NCBI GenBank assembly: GCA_020351995.1 | Contig: CP070674.1 | Coordinates: 3,226,007-3,290,006, forward strand | Origin: Candidatus Zixiibacteriota bacterium | GTDB lineage: Bacteria; Zixibacteria; MSB-5A5; GN15; FEB-12 | Length of the DNA: 64,000 nt | Direction: 5' to 3' | Shown: positions 48,274 to 57,543 of the stretch, one piece after another | How the letters are laid out: each line of letters begins with the position of its first letter | Position numbering within the stretch: position 1 is the first letter of the stretch | Made by a program: the position numbers and the translations under genes | Notes under the pieces: model-generated | The model's input: only the letters and a program-made list of their open reading frames with translations | Database searches by the model: none | What the model was told of the DNA's origin: nothing

Positions 48274-48534
48274 TATAACCTTCTGTTGAAATTTGTGGCT
48301 CTAAGTTAAAGCAATTGGGGCAATAATTCAAGACCGTTATACAAGGCTAGCCGGGTGCCAGATCGACACCCGTTTTACCGCGTGTATCCTTGAAAACCGG
48401 CCATTTTCCGGGCGATGACATCCACATAAAGTCTCAGTGGTCCTCTCAAGTCCTTCAATCTTGATACTTCGCTCGCTATCCGGCAGTATCCGAAAATAGC
48501 GTTCAAATAATTTTACTCCAGCCCTACAATCTGG

Positions 48535-48563
48535 TTGACACAATATTTCACAAAAACTATCTT
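48535..48563 (+). promoter_or_regulatory. Sigma70 promoter
   Basis: TTGACA-N17-TATCTT; predicted +1 near 48570. Confidence 0.7.
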
Positions 48564-48569
48564 CCCGGC

Positions 48570-48811
48570 AGAGGTTGCGAGGTCACACATCATTTGAAAT
48601 TACTAACTTGCGACTCAAACCGAGAGTGTTGTCAGTCGTAATCTATCAGATTTCACCGGAACGATACCGGTCAAAAACTTTGGCCGACTGGCAGCGGAAG
48701 GCCGCGATGATTCGGCCTGTACGATCGAGGTTACCCAAGTAGCCGAAGCATCTTAAATTTGTATTTTTATCTAACAGCCGTCCCCGGCCTTCCGGGGGTG
48801 GCTGTTTTTTT
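48570..48811 (+). ncRNA. Candidate structured ncRNA or riboswitch-like leader (about 240 nt), family unrecognised
   Basis: Flanked by a promoter and a strong terminator; at least five complementary stems; no long ORF. Confidence 0.55.
48773..48811 (+). terminator. Intrinsic terminator 120 nt upstream of the EamA gene
   Basis: AACAGCC-GT-CCCCGG-CCTT-CCGGGG-GT-GGCTGTT-TTTTT. Confidence 0.85.
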
Positions 48812-48931
48812 CAGGCAGGAACCGTGATGTCGCTTGGAATCCCGGTCGGAGTATGGTAGATTTATCGCCTGTTAGATTTACGTTCATAACCAAAATTAGA
48901 GGCCGTAGCAGGACCCGGACCCGCTGTCCAG

Positions 48932-49834
48932 ATGAATATCACAACAATTCCATACCTCGGTCAGTCTCTTGCCCTGATTACGGCAATAGTATGGGCCATC
49001 GCTGTCATCCTGTTCAAGAAAAGCGGCGAATCCGTCCACCCGGTGGCCCTGAATCTGTTTAAGAACCTGGTTGCGGTAGCCCTATTTCTGCCAACGCTGT
49101 GGCTCTACGAGAAATTCATCATGTGGCCGGCACCCTGGCAGGATTATCTTCTTCTGCTGGCGAGCGGAGCTCTGGGAATCGGCATTGCCGACACCCTTTT
49201 TTTCCATTGCCTGAATCGGCTTGGTGCAGGCTTGACCGCTATAGTTGATTGCTTTTACAGCCCCTTCATCATCGGTCTTTCCATGTTCTGGCTGGGCGAA
49301 GTGCTATCGTCGCTTCAGGTGCTCGGTGTGGTATTAATTATCTCGGCGGTGCTTACGGCCACTTATGAGGGTCGAACCGATCCCCTTGACCGCAAGAATC
49401 TCATTATCGGAGTAACCCTCGGAATAATCTCGCTGGCCCTGATGGCCCTCGGGATAGTAATGATTAAACCGTTGTTGAATCGCTCGCCTCTTCTGTGGGT
49501 TACGGAGACCCGCCTCGTCGGGGGCGTGGCGGTTCTGCTTCTGATACTCGCTTTTAATCGGCGGCGAAAAAGTATCCTGCATTCACTGCGATCTTCCACG
49601 GGGAGGGTTTATACGCTGACCGGTTCGGTAATTGGAGGTTATCTGGCTATGCTACTCTGGCTGGCGGGAATGAAATTCACCCAGGTTTCCACAGCAGCGG
49701 CCCTGAATCAGACCACGAATATCTTTATTTTTATCTTTGCCGCCGTATTCTTGAAAGAAAAGATCAATTTGCAGCGCACGGTCGGGATAATACTGGCCAT
49801 AATAGGGGCTATGTTAGTAACCTTCGCCCAGTAA
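48932..49834 (+). CDS. EamA/DMT-family transporter
   Basis: About 10 TMs in two repeats; G..LAL..A..WA, Q..G...I..G patterns. Confidence 0.9.
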   Translation: MNITTIPYLGQSLALITAIVWAIAVILFKKSGESVHPVALNLFKNLVAVALFLPTLWLYEKFIMWPAPWQDYLLLLASGALGIGIADTLFFHCLNRLGAGLTAIVDCFYSPFIIGLSMFWLGEVLSSLQVLGVVLIISAVLTATYEGRTDPLDRKNLIIGVTLGIISLALMALGIVMIKPLLNRSPLLWVTETRLVGGVAVLLLILAFNRRRKSILHSLRSSTGRVYTLTGSVIGGYLAMLLWLAGMKFTQVSTAAALNQTTNIFIFIFAAVFLKEKINLQRTVGIILAIIGAMLVTFAQ

Positions 49835-49891
49835 TTACCGGAGAGCGGCGGCACTTTGTTGACAATCAGAAGGACAGGCGTAAATTAAAGA

Positions 49892-50797
49892 ATGACCACT
49901 AAAGCAGACAGCAATACCGTCATCCCGATTCTGGCCCTGTGCCGATTCTCCGGTGTTCAGCCGCGATTGCTGGAGGTGCTGATCCGTCATTACGGAAGCA
50001 TCGATCGGATTTTGCAGGCGGATGCCGGATCGCTGATGGGAATAGGCGGCATGACCACAGAGATCGCCAACCGGGTGGCCGACGCGAAATCGCACCTTTC
50101 CCGGGCTGATGACTATTACAGCCAACTGCGTCAACGCGATATCAGCATCGTATCGCGGTTCGACGACGCCTATCCCGACAGGTTGTTCGAGCTCAATGAC
50201 CCGCCGGCAGTCTTGTATTTCCGGGGTACGCTCCCGGACACAGCCGGCAAGCTGGTGGCCCTGACCGGAGGCGAAAAAGCATCGAACGAGGGGATTGAGT
50301 TAACGGTCGAGGCTGCCCGACGATTCGCGGAGGCTGGCGTCAAAGTTATCGCCTCGCTCAGTCGCGGTGTGGATGCCGCCGCCCATCTCGGGTCAAAGTC
50401 GGGCAACGGCAATTCCTATGCCGTGCTTAACAGCGGTCTGGACAACGTTTACCCGGAAGACAGCCGACCACTGGCAATCGATATCGTCAAAGAAGGGGGG
50501 TTGCTAAGCGAGTATCCCCCCGAGTCGAAATATCAGCCGGACAATTTCAAATCCTCCAACCGCATAATTGCCGCCCTGGCCCAGGCTGTGGTCGTGACCG
50601 AATGTTACCGTGAATCCACTGTCACCTTGGACCTGCTCAAGTGTTGCGGCCAAATCGGCAAACTGGCTTTTGTCATGATAGATCCAAGACACGGGGCGCT
50701 CGCCGACACGGATAGCCTCAACGCGGCCGTGACCCACGGCGCGATTCCCATGGTCGGGCTGGATAAGACCGACGATATTGTTCAATCACTGGTATAG
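49892..50797 (+). CDS. dprA: DprA/Smf-like DNA-processing protein (divergent)
   Basis: N-terminal SAM/HhH-like region, YP.RL..L.DPP.VLYFRG, RGVDAAAH, LLSEYPP, NRIIAAL; no C-terminal winged helix. Confidence 0.8.
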   Translation: MTTKADSNTVIPILALCRFSGVQPRLLEVLIRHYGSIDRILQADAGSLMGIGGMTTEIANRVADAKSHLSRADDYYSQLRQRDISIVSRFDDAYPDRLFELNDPPAVLYFRGTLPDTAGKLVALTGGEKASNEGIELTVEAARRFAEAGVKVIASLSRGVDAAAHLGSKSGNGNSYAVLNSGLDNVYPEDSRPLAIDIVKEGGLLSEYPPESKYQPDNFKSSNRIIAALAQAVVVTECYRESTVTLDLLKCCGQIGKLAFVMIDPRHGALADTDSLNAAVTHGAIPMVGLDKTDDIVQSLV

Positions 50798-50806
50798 CCC
50801 AGCTCT

Positions 50807-51418
50807 ATGAATGACACATATCATACCATAGCGACGGAGAGCGTCAGCGAGATAAAAGTGAAGGGGTCGCGTTTCATCGCACGGACCCGGCTTGCCAGTA
50901 CCGTCGAAGAGGCCCGGAGTCAGCTCGAGGAGATTCGGAAACAGGAGCACGCCGCCACCCACAACTGCTACGCCTATATCGTCGGCGTCCCTAAAGAAAA
51001 TGCCCGGTTTAAGCGCTCTGACGATGGCGAGCCCGGCGGTACCGCTGGAAAGCCGATTTACGATGTAATCAACGGCAGCAAGGTCACGAATCTTCTACTG
51101 GTGGTCACGCGGTATTTCGGGGGTACCAAACTGGGGAGCGGGGGTTTGGTCAAAGCATACAGTGAATCCGCCGGCCTGGCCCTCGCTAAATCGGGAGTCA
51201 AAGAGAATTTCATCACAGACCATCTGAGAGTTGAAATAGATTTTTCAATATACGATAGTCTCAAGAAAGTGGCCCACCGTCACGGCGCCATAGAAACACA
51301 GGCCGATTATTCAGACAGGGTTGCTCTGGACTATCAAATCCGACAAAGCAGGACCGCGCAGTTCATGGCTGAAATCAACGAGCTGTCAAAAGGACAGGCA
51401 AAGATTGAAAAAGACTGA
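50807..51418 (+). CDS. YigZ/IMPACT-family protein
   Basis: IKVKGSRFI, ATHNCYAY, DDGEPGGTAG, VVTRYFGG.KLG.GGLVKAY. Confidence 0.95.
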   Translation: MNDTYHTIATESVSEIKVKGSRFIARTRLASTVEEARSQLEEIRKQEHAATHNCYAYIVGVPKENARFKRSDDGEPGGTAGKPIYDVINGSKVTNLLLVVTRYFGGTKLGSGGLVKAYSESAGLALAKSGVKENFITDHLRVEIDFSIYDSLKKVAHRHGAIETQADYSDRVALDYQIRQSRTAQFMAEINELSKGQAKIEKD

Positions 51419-51419
51419 T

Positions 51420-52343
51420 ATGCGCAGACGAATCGATTGCCTGGGTATGGGCATCATTCCCTATGACCTGCTGTTCAATGTTAGTCGTTATCCCGACGCA
51501 GGTATGAAAATCAATGCGTCGGGGTTCTTTATGCAGGGCGGGGGCCCCGTTCCCAATGTGGCTATCGGGCTGGCTCGAATGGGCTTCAAAACCGCCCTGA
51601 TCGCGGTGGTCGGTGACGACCCTTTCGGAAAGCTGTCAATCGATGAAATCAGGAGAGAAGGTGTCGACCATCGCTTCATAATCGTCAAAAAGCAACCTTC
51701 GGCCCTGGCGGGTGGATGGATCGAGGATGTAAGCGGCCGACGAACACTGGTGCTGTCTCGAAAGATATTCGTTGAACCGGCTGATATAAAGACGTCCACC
51801 TACCCGGTGCCACGAATTCTTCATCTGGACGGACGGGACATGCCGGCGACTCTGAAGCTGGCTCGCTGGGCAAAACGAAGCGGCGTCATCGTGTCATTTG
51901 ACATAGGCTCGATGCGTAACGATATATCGGCGGTTTTTCCTTACGTAGATCACATTGTCGTCGCCGATGGATACGCGTTCCCGTTTACGAAAACCAGAAC
52001 AGCGCGGGGGGCTATTCGAAAACTGGCGAAACTTTGCCCCGGGACCATTGTGGTTACCGAGGGAATTAAAGGCTCGACGGGGTGTGAACCACATTCGGAC
52101 AAAACGGATTTCGTTTTTCACCCGGCTTACAAGGTGAGAAACATCGATACTACCGGAGCCGGTGATTGTTACCATACCGGTTACCTGTACGGATTACTTA
52201 AAGGGTTCGAACTGGTCGAGAGGATGAAATTGGGATCGGCCGCGGCGGCGCTCAAGTGCACCCGTCCCGGTGCGCGAAGCGGGATTCCCACCGAGGCTCA
52301 ACTTCTGAAATTTGTCAAGAGCCGACGGCCAATATACAGGTAG
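51420..52343 (+). CDS. PfkB-family carbohydrate kinase
   Basis: GGG..NVA.GLARMG, VGDDPFG, DTTGAGD..H.G; ATG 51420. Confidence 0.92.
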   Translation: MRRRIDCLGMGIIPYDLLFNVSRYPDAGMKINASGFFMQGGGPVPNVAIGLARMGFKTALIAVVGDDPFGKLSIDEIRREGVDHRFIIVKKQPSALAGGWIEDVSGRRTLVLSRKIFVEPADIKTSTYPVPRILHLDGRDMPATLKLARWAKRSGVIVSFDIGSMRNDISAVFPYVDHIVVADGYAFPFTKTRTARGAIRKLAKLCPGTIVVTEGIKGSTGCEPHSDKTDFVFHPAYKVRNIDTTGAGDCYHTGYLYGLLKGFELVERMKLGSAAAALKCTRPGARSGIPTEAQLLKFVKSRRPIYR

Positions 52344-52348
52344 AATTC

Positions 52349-52921
52349 ATGCTCGAGACAATACAACAATTGGACCAGACGCTGTTTTTGTTTTTCAATT
52401 CCACCCTGGCCAATCCGGTGACGAATTTCGTGATGCCCATAATCACCAACGATTGGGGGCTGAGGATATTGTATGGCCTGGCGATGATCATCCTGCTTAT
52501 CAAAGGGGACACCAGACTTCGCTGGCTGGTTCTCTTCTCGGCCGTGTGCCTGGTGCTGTGCGATCAGATATCGGCCGGATATCTCAAGCCGCTCATCGCC
52601 CGTCCGCGGCCGTGTCACGGACTCATGAACGTAAATCTCCTGATCCAGTGCGGAGGAGGCTACTCGTTTCCATCGGCCCACACCACCAACGCCTTCGGCC
52701 AAGCCGTACTTTTCTCATGTCCTTATCGAAAAGCGGGATGGTATCTCTATCCGGTCGCGGCCCTGATTGGTGTCAGTCGCATTTTTGTGGGGGTTCACTA
52801 TCCCGGCGATGTTCTGGGGGGATTGATCTTAGGAAGTTTAATAGGGCTGCTGGTATTCTTTGGGTTCACCGGCTTCAGGCGAATCGCCGGGGTTGAGCCA
52901 GGTGGTCCCGGGCAGTCCTGA
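52349..52921 (+). CDS. PAP2-family lipid phosphate phosphatase
   Basis: KPLIARPRP, SFPSAH, SRIFVGVHYPGD catalytic motifs. Confidence 0.92.
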   Translation: MLETIQQLDQTLFLFFNSTLANPVTNFVMPIITNDWGLRILYGLAMIILLIKGDTRLRWLVLFSAVCLVLCDQISAGYLKPLIARPRPCHGLMNVNLLIQCGGGYSFPSAHTTNAFGQAVLFSCPYRKAGWYLYPVAALIGVSRIFVGVHYPGDVLGGLILGSLIGLLVFFGFTGFRRIAGVEPGGPGQS

Positions 52922-52931
52922 GGGTTGAGCC

Positions 52932-53450
52932 ATGTCCTACGAAATAGAAATTGTCAGGGGAGACATCACCAGGGCCGACACGGAAGTCATTGTTAACGCA
53001 GCCAACAATCACTTCTGGATGGGTTCCGGCGTGGCGGGGGCAATCAAGGCCGCCGGCGGGGAAATTATCGAAAAGGAGGCGGTCAAAAAAGGTCCGGTCA
53101 TGCCGGGCGAGGCGGTACACACGACTGCCGGGAAACTGCCGTTCAAAATGGTTATCCACGCCGCGGTGATGGGCCAGGATCTGCACACGTCGGACAAGTA
53201 TATCCGGCAGGCAACCATCAGTTGCCTGAACCTGGCCGAGAAACTGAACATTGAATCGATTGCTTTTCCCGCTTTCGGGACGGGAGTCGGCGGATTTCCG
53301 ATGAAAGCGTGCGCGCATGTGATGCTTGACGCCGTGCGCGGCTACCAACCGTTGGCCAAAAATATCCGGAGAGTACAGTTCTGCCTGTTTGATGAATATG
53401 GACACAGTGTCTTCAGAGAGACACTGTACAAGAAAGACCACCCGGCCTGA
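52932..53450 (+). CDS. Macrodomain (ADP-ribose binding/hydrolase) protein
   Basis: GDIT, IVNAAN, GSGVAGAI, FPAFGTGVGGFP. Confidence 0.93.
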   Translation: MSYEIEIVRGDITRADTEVIVNAANNHFWMGSGVAGAIKAAGGEIIEKEAVKKGPVMPGEAVHTTAGKLPFKMVIHAAVMGQDLHTSDKYIRQATISCLNLAEKLNIESIAFPAFGTGVGGFPMKACAHVMLDAVRGYQPLAKNIRRVQFCLFDEYGHSVFRETLYKKDHPA

Positions 53451-53461
53451 GGCCGGACCGG

Positions 53462-54019
53462 TTAGTCCGATCTCTTGACCTTAAACCGGCCCGAAAACTC
53501 CAGCGGCTCTTCAACCCGGTTTACAAATCTGCCATCGATGGTGAAGAATACACTTTTGGAATTAATTGAATCGACGACGCATGAACCGGAGGAAGGCAGA
53601 AATATCTTGTCTTCAGCGGAAATGTCGTATCGACCCATCAACTGCAAGAAGCTGTGCTCTGCCAAGTCCAGTTCACCCGCCTCAATGGGCTCGGTTAACT
53701 CCAGAAACAGCTTACATCGCCAGAACTCATCAAAGCCCAATAGCCGAAATCTCTCGGTTTCCCGCTGGCTCCACCGGGTTGTAACCGTAACGACAGCCAC
53801 GTTGCCGTTTCCGGAATCAACCTTGTAGTCCTGGTATGGATCGGCCAAAGTGGCATTGGCGCTGATCTGAGCCTCCTCCACATTGACCTTCTTTTGAATG
53901 TCCTCGGCGGTAACGAACAGGTCAAGGCGATAGCGGCTAGTCACTCCGCAGGCGGACAAGAGACACAAGACCGCGATTATCAACAGGGTGGCCGAATATA
54001 CCCGGCGCTGCTTTTCCAT
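53462..54019 (-). CDS. Hypothetical lipoprotein
   Basis: LLSAC lipobox after a hydrophobic leader. Confidence 0.7.
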   Translation of the reverse strand: MEKQRRVYSATLLIIAVLCLLSACGVTSRYRLDLFVTAEDIQKKVNVEEAQISANATLADPYQDYKVDSGNGNVAVVTVTTRWSQRETERFRLLGFDEFWRCKLFLELTEPIEAGELDLAEHSFLQLMGRYDISAEDKIFLPSSGSCVVDSINSKSVFFTIDGRFVNRVEEPLEFSGRFKVKRSD

Positions 54020-54096
54020 ACCGGAAAATACGTTTGTTATCGGATAATGTCAAACGGAACGCAATTGATACTGGCGAGAGAATGGCAAATGGGGAG

Positions 54097-55224
54097 CTAC
54101 AGGGGAAGTTCGACGATACGGTATTTCTTGGATGGTTTTCCGCCCATCTGGGTGGCAGCCCGGAGCATCAGTTCATTTGTTTCCAGCATCCAGGAGAGTT
54201 CGGCCCACTTGTAGCCTTTTTCCACACCCCGTTTGTAAGTGGCGATATACATAGCCGAGTCGATACCCCGTTTCTGGAATTCGGGTACCACTCCGAAAGT
54301 AACCATCCGTATTCCGTCAATCTTGTTTCTTACCTTGGTGTGCCAGAGCAACTTCAGCAACCCAAACGGGAAGAGCTTTCCTCTCAGGTAAATAAGGGCC
54401 TGGTTTATGTTGGGTAGAGCCAGACTGAACGCCACCGGACGGCCCTCGAATTCAGCGATAAACACCAGATCGGGGTCGACTATTTGCCGCAGATCTTGGG
54501 CCAAGTGGTCGAATTCCTCGCGATCCATAGGCACAAAGCCCCAATTGTTCTGCCAGGCGGAATTGTAAATACTATTGATGCGCTCGACTTCCTGGTCGAA
54601 CTCTCTCATCCGCAAAGTTCGCAGCCGCACCCGGCTTCTCTCGGTCATTTTGTCCACCACATTCTGAATTCGTTCCGGAATTGGATCTTCTTTCGTAATC
54701 ACGTAAGCCAAAAGGTCCATCACCTTTTTCAGGCCGAATTTTTCAGCAAGTTTAGGAAGGTAAGGCTGGTTGTAGGTCATCATAATTGTTGGCGGCGAAT
54801 CAAAACCCTCGACCAGGAAGCCACACTCATGGTTCGTAGAGAAACTCACCGGACCGCGCATTTTCTCCATGCCGGCGCGCTTGAGTTCGATCATCGCAAC
54901 CTTAAGCAGCGTGGAACCGATCTCGTAGTCATCCGGGCAATCGAAAAACCCGAAGAAGCCCACCTGTTCTTCGTGGTAGTTGTTGTGGGAGTAATTTATG
55001 CAGGTAGCAATTCGACCGACCACTTCGCGGTCACGCATAGCCAGGTAAAGCTTCACCGTGGCGGTTTTATAGAATGGGTTTCGTTTGCGATCGAAGAATT
55101 CTCTCCGTTCAGAGGTAAGCGGAGCGACATAGTTTGGGTCATCCCCGTAGAGAACATTGGGATAGTTGATGAATTTTCTTAACTGTGAGGAAGACTCGAC
55201 CTCTACAACTTCAATCGTTGCCAT
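54097..55224 (-). CDS. GNAT-fold acyltransferase of the YghO / bacterial ceramide synthase type
   Basis: F..YP..LY.DDP.YV.PL, NPF, GRI, GFFGFF, GFLVEGF..PP...MTYN..Y, GV.PEFQKRG, ELSWMLETN; adjacent to an Spt-like gene. Confidence 0.75.
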   Translation of the reverse strand: MATIEVVEVESSSQLRKFINYPNVLYGDDPNYVAPLTSERREFFDRKRNPFYKTATVKLYLAMRDREVVGRIATCINYSHNNYHEEQVGFFGFFDCPDDYEIGSTLLKVAMIELKRAGMEKMRGPVSFSTNHECGFLVEGFDSPPTIMMTYNQPYLPKLAEKFGLKKVMDLLAYVITKEDPIPERIQNVVDKMTERSRVRLRTLRMREFDQEVERINSIYNSAWQNNWGFVPMDREEFDHLAQDLRQIVDPDLVFIAEFEGRPVAFSLALPNINQALIYLRGKLFPFGLLKLLWHTKVRNKIDGIRMVTFGVVPEFQKRGIDSAMYIATYKRGVEKGYKWAELSWMLETNELMLRAATQMGGKPSKKYRIVELPL

Positions 55225-55230
55225 ATCAGA

Positions 55231-56457
55231 TTACGAAATAAGCCCTTTAGCGCGTCCGACTTTCGCGACCACTTCAACCACCCGGTCGAGTTGCTCGTCG
55301 GTGTGAGTGGCCGTGTACGATGTGCGAATCATAGCCTGGCCCGGCGGCACGGCCGGGGAAATGACCGGGTTGGTAAAGACGCCATTGTCAAAAAGTTCCT
55401 TCCAGAAGGCAAAGGCTTCCAGGTCTTCACCCACGACAATTGGCACGATGGGTGTTGCCGAATTGCATATATTGAACCCCAGGTCCTTGAATTCTTTCTG
55501 CATGCGGCGGGCGTTTTTCCACAGGTTTGCCCGTCTCTCCGGCTCTGATTCGACTATATCAAGGGCGGCCAGGACCGCGGCGGCGTTGGAGGCCGGAATC
55601 GAGGCCGAAAAGATGAGGGCCCGGGCGGTGTGCTTGATAAAATCAATGACTTTGGCGTTGCCCGCGATAAACCCGCCCAGCGAGGCAAATGACTTGGAGA
55701 AGGTTCCCATGGTCAGGTCAACGTCGTCAATAAGACCGAAATGCTCGGCCGTACCGGCTCCGGTTTCGCCCATAACACCTACTCCGTGAGCATCATCGAC
55801 AAGGATGCGGGCATTGAACTTTTTGCCGATTTCAACCAATCGCGGAAGGTCGATAATATCCCCCTCCATGGAGAAAACACCGTCCACAGCAATCAGAATA
55901 CCGCCACGGGTGCTGTTATTTCTGATGTTGTTGATGACCCGCTCAAGATCATCCATGTCGTTGTGAGCGAATTTATATATCTTGCCGTACGAAAGGCGAC
56001 AGCCGTCAACGATACAGGCGTGGTCCTGGCGATCAATCAAAACCGAGTCGTTCTTGCCAACCAGGCACGAGATGGTGCCCAGATTGGTCTGGAAACCGGT
56101 CGAGAAGACGATGGCGGCGTCTTTCTTAACGAATTTGGCCAGGCGCTCTTCAAGCTCGAGATGCAGATCCAGGGTACCGTTGAGAAATCTCGAGCCGGTA
56201 CAACCGGAACCGTACTTTCGGGCCGCTTCCGCGGCGGCTTCTTTGACTTTAGGATGATTAACCAGTCCCAGGTAGTTGTTGGAGCCAACCATGATGACCT
56301 TCTGGCCATCCATGACAACTTCATCGCCGGGAGCCGATTTCAGCGGATGGAAATAAGGATAGATGCCCATCGCCTTGACGTTGTCGGCATCCATGTAACT
56401 AAAACATTTTTCGAAAAGATCCGGATAGGTAATCCTGGTATTGTCCTTCGTCTGCAA
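55231..56457 (-). CDS. spt: Serine palmitoyltransferase-like alpha-oxoamine synthase
   Basis: YPYF, SNNYLGL, GSRFLNGT (Spt-type; Kbl has SVRFICGT), DHACIVDG, SMEGD, DDAH, GTFSKS. Confidence 0.78.
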   Translation of the reverse strand: MQTKDNTRITYPDLFEKCFSYMDADNVKAMGIYPYFHPLKSAPGDEVVMDGQKVIMVGSNNYLGLVNHPKVKEAAAEAARKYGSGCTGSRFLNGTLDLHLELEERLAKFVKKDAAIVFSTGFQTNLGTISCLVGKNDSVLIDRQDHACIVDGCRLSYGKIYKFAHNDMDDLERVINNIRNNSTRGGILIAVDGVFSMEGDIIDLPRLVEIGKKFNARILVDDAHGVGVMGETGAGTAEHFGLIDDVDLTMGTFSKSFASLGGFIAGNAKVIDFIKHTARALIFSASIPASNAAAVLAALDIVESEPERRANLWKNARRMQKEFKDLGFNICNSATPIVPIVVGEDLEAFAFWKELFDNGVFTNPVISPAVPPGQAMIRTSYTATHTDEQLDRVVEVVAKVGRAKGLIS

Positions 56458-56705
56458 ATGGGCTCCTTATCCCCAATGCGGTTCGTTTTCAAAAGTCACA
56501 TTGAACGAACATTGGATGGCAATGTCAAGCACTTCGCTTCCCAATATAAATAACCTTGACCACGAGCGAAATTAGTTTTTGTCTCGGGCGGACAAAAGAA
56601 AAGGGGCAACATCCAACAGAAATCCTTCCCGGGAGCCCTGAAATAAGCTACCATCCCACAATTACTTAACGCCGCTGTCGGCTGAGGCTGGTATTAGGCC
56701 GACTA

Positions 56706-57458
56706 TCATCTGCCGGGTCTGGTGCCCACCACGAACATCATTCGGCTGCGCAGGGAGATCGGCTCTTCTTTTTCTGAGCCCCAGCCTTCAATGTCGATAA
56801 ATCCCACCTTCCGGAACATGTCCAGCAACTCGTGATAGGAGTACATCCGGATCGCGTTATCGTAAGAACGCTCTTGCCCTTTTCGAATAAAGGTCCAGGT
56901 GCCGATGCTGGTCGAGGTAGCGAAATCGAAGCCTCTATTTTCAAGAACCTTCATATCCCCCACGTTATACCAATCGGTAGCCTCGAAATTGGCCATGATC
57001 CAATCACGATTGATAATATGAAGCATGAACTTGCCACCGGGCTTCAGGGCCTTGAATAAATTTTTCAGGACCAGCAGATTATCTGATTCCTTTTTAAAGT
57101 AGCCGAACGAAGTCCAGAGGTTTCCGGCAGCGTCGAACTGCGAGTCGAAATCAATGCGGCGCATGTCGGCGCGGTGAAGATCGAGACGCAGACCTCGAGC
57201 CCTGGCTTTTCGGGCCAGTTCCTCGAGATAGCTTTCGGTTATGTCAACCCCGGTGACCTTTATGCCCTGCCTGGCCATGGGCAGCGCGATTCGTCCAATA
57301 CCACAGGGACAGTCAAGAAATTTCCGGCCTGAACGGAGGTTCAGTTTCTTGATGATGAACCTCACCTCGGCGTTGGTCGTGCGCCTCGGCATTTTATCGA
57401 AAATCGGACGAAAGGCGGGAAAGAACTCATCCCACCAGCCGGCATCTTTCTTTGCCAT
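56706..57458 (-). CDS. Class I SAM-dependent methyltransferase
   Basis: LDCPCGIGR, VTGVDI, DMR, FDA..NLWTSFGYF, LKPGG. Confidence 0.9.
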   Translation of the reverse strand: MAKKDAGWWDEFFPAFRPIFDKMPRRTTNAEVRFIIKKLNLRSGRKFLDCPCGIGRIALPMARQGIKVTGVDITESYLEELARKARARGLRLDLHRADMRRIDFDSQFDAAGNLWTSFGYFKKESDNLLVLKNLFKALKPGGKFMLHIINRDWIMANFEATDWYNVGDMKVLENRGFDFATSTSIGTWTFIRKGQERSYDNAIRMYSYHELLDMFRKVGFIDIEGWGSEKEEPISLRSRMMFVVGTRPGR

Positions 57459-57543
57459 AGAACCTCCCGGGTAAATTAGGAGGCGACGGTCACGGAAGGA
57501 TCGTCACCCCGGAAACCAGGATTAGTCAATCGGTCGGGAAGAC

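Noticed and set aside
48570-48750. Lysine, glycine, cobalamin or T-box identity for the leader (fragments AGAGGTTGCG, GGAAGG, GCCGAAG)
   Set aside because: The spacing is wrong and the remaining conserved blocks of each family are missing; kept as an unclassified candidate.
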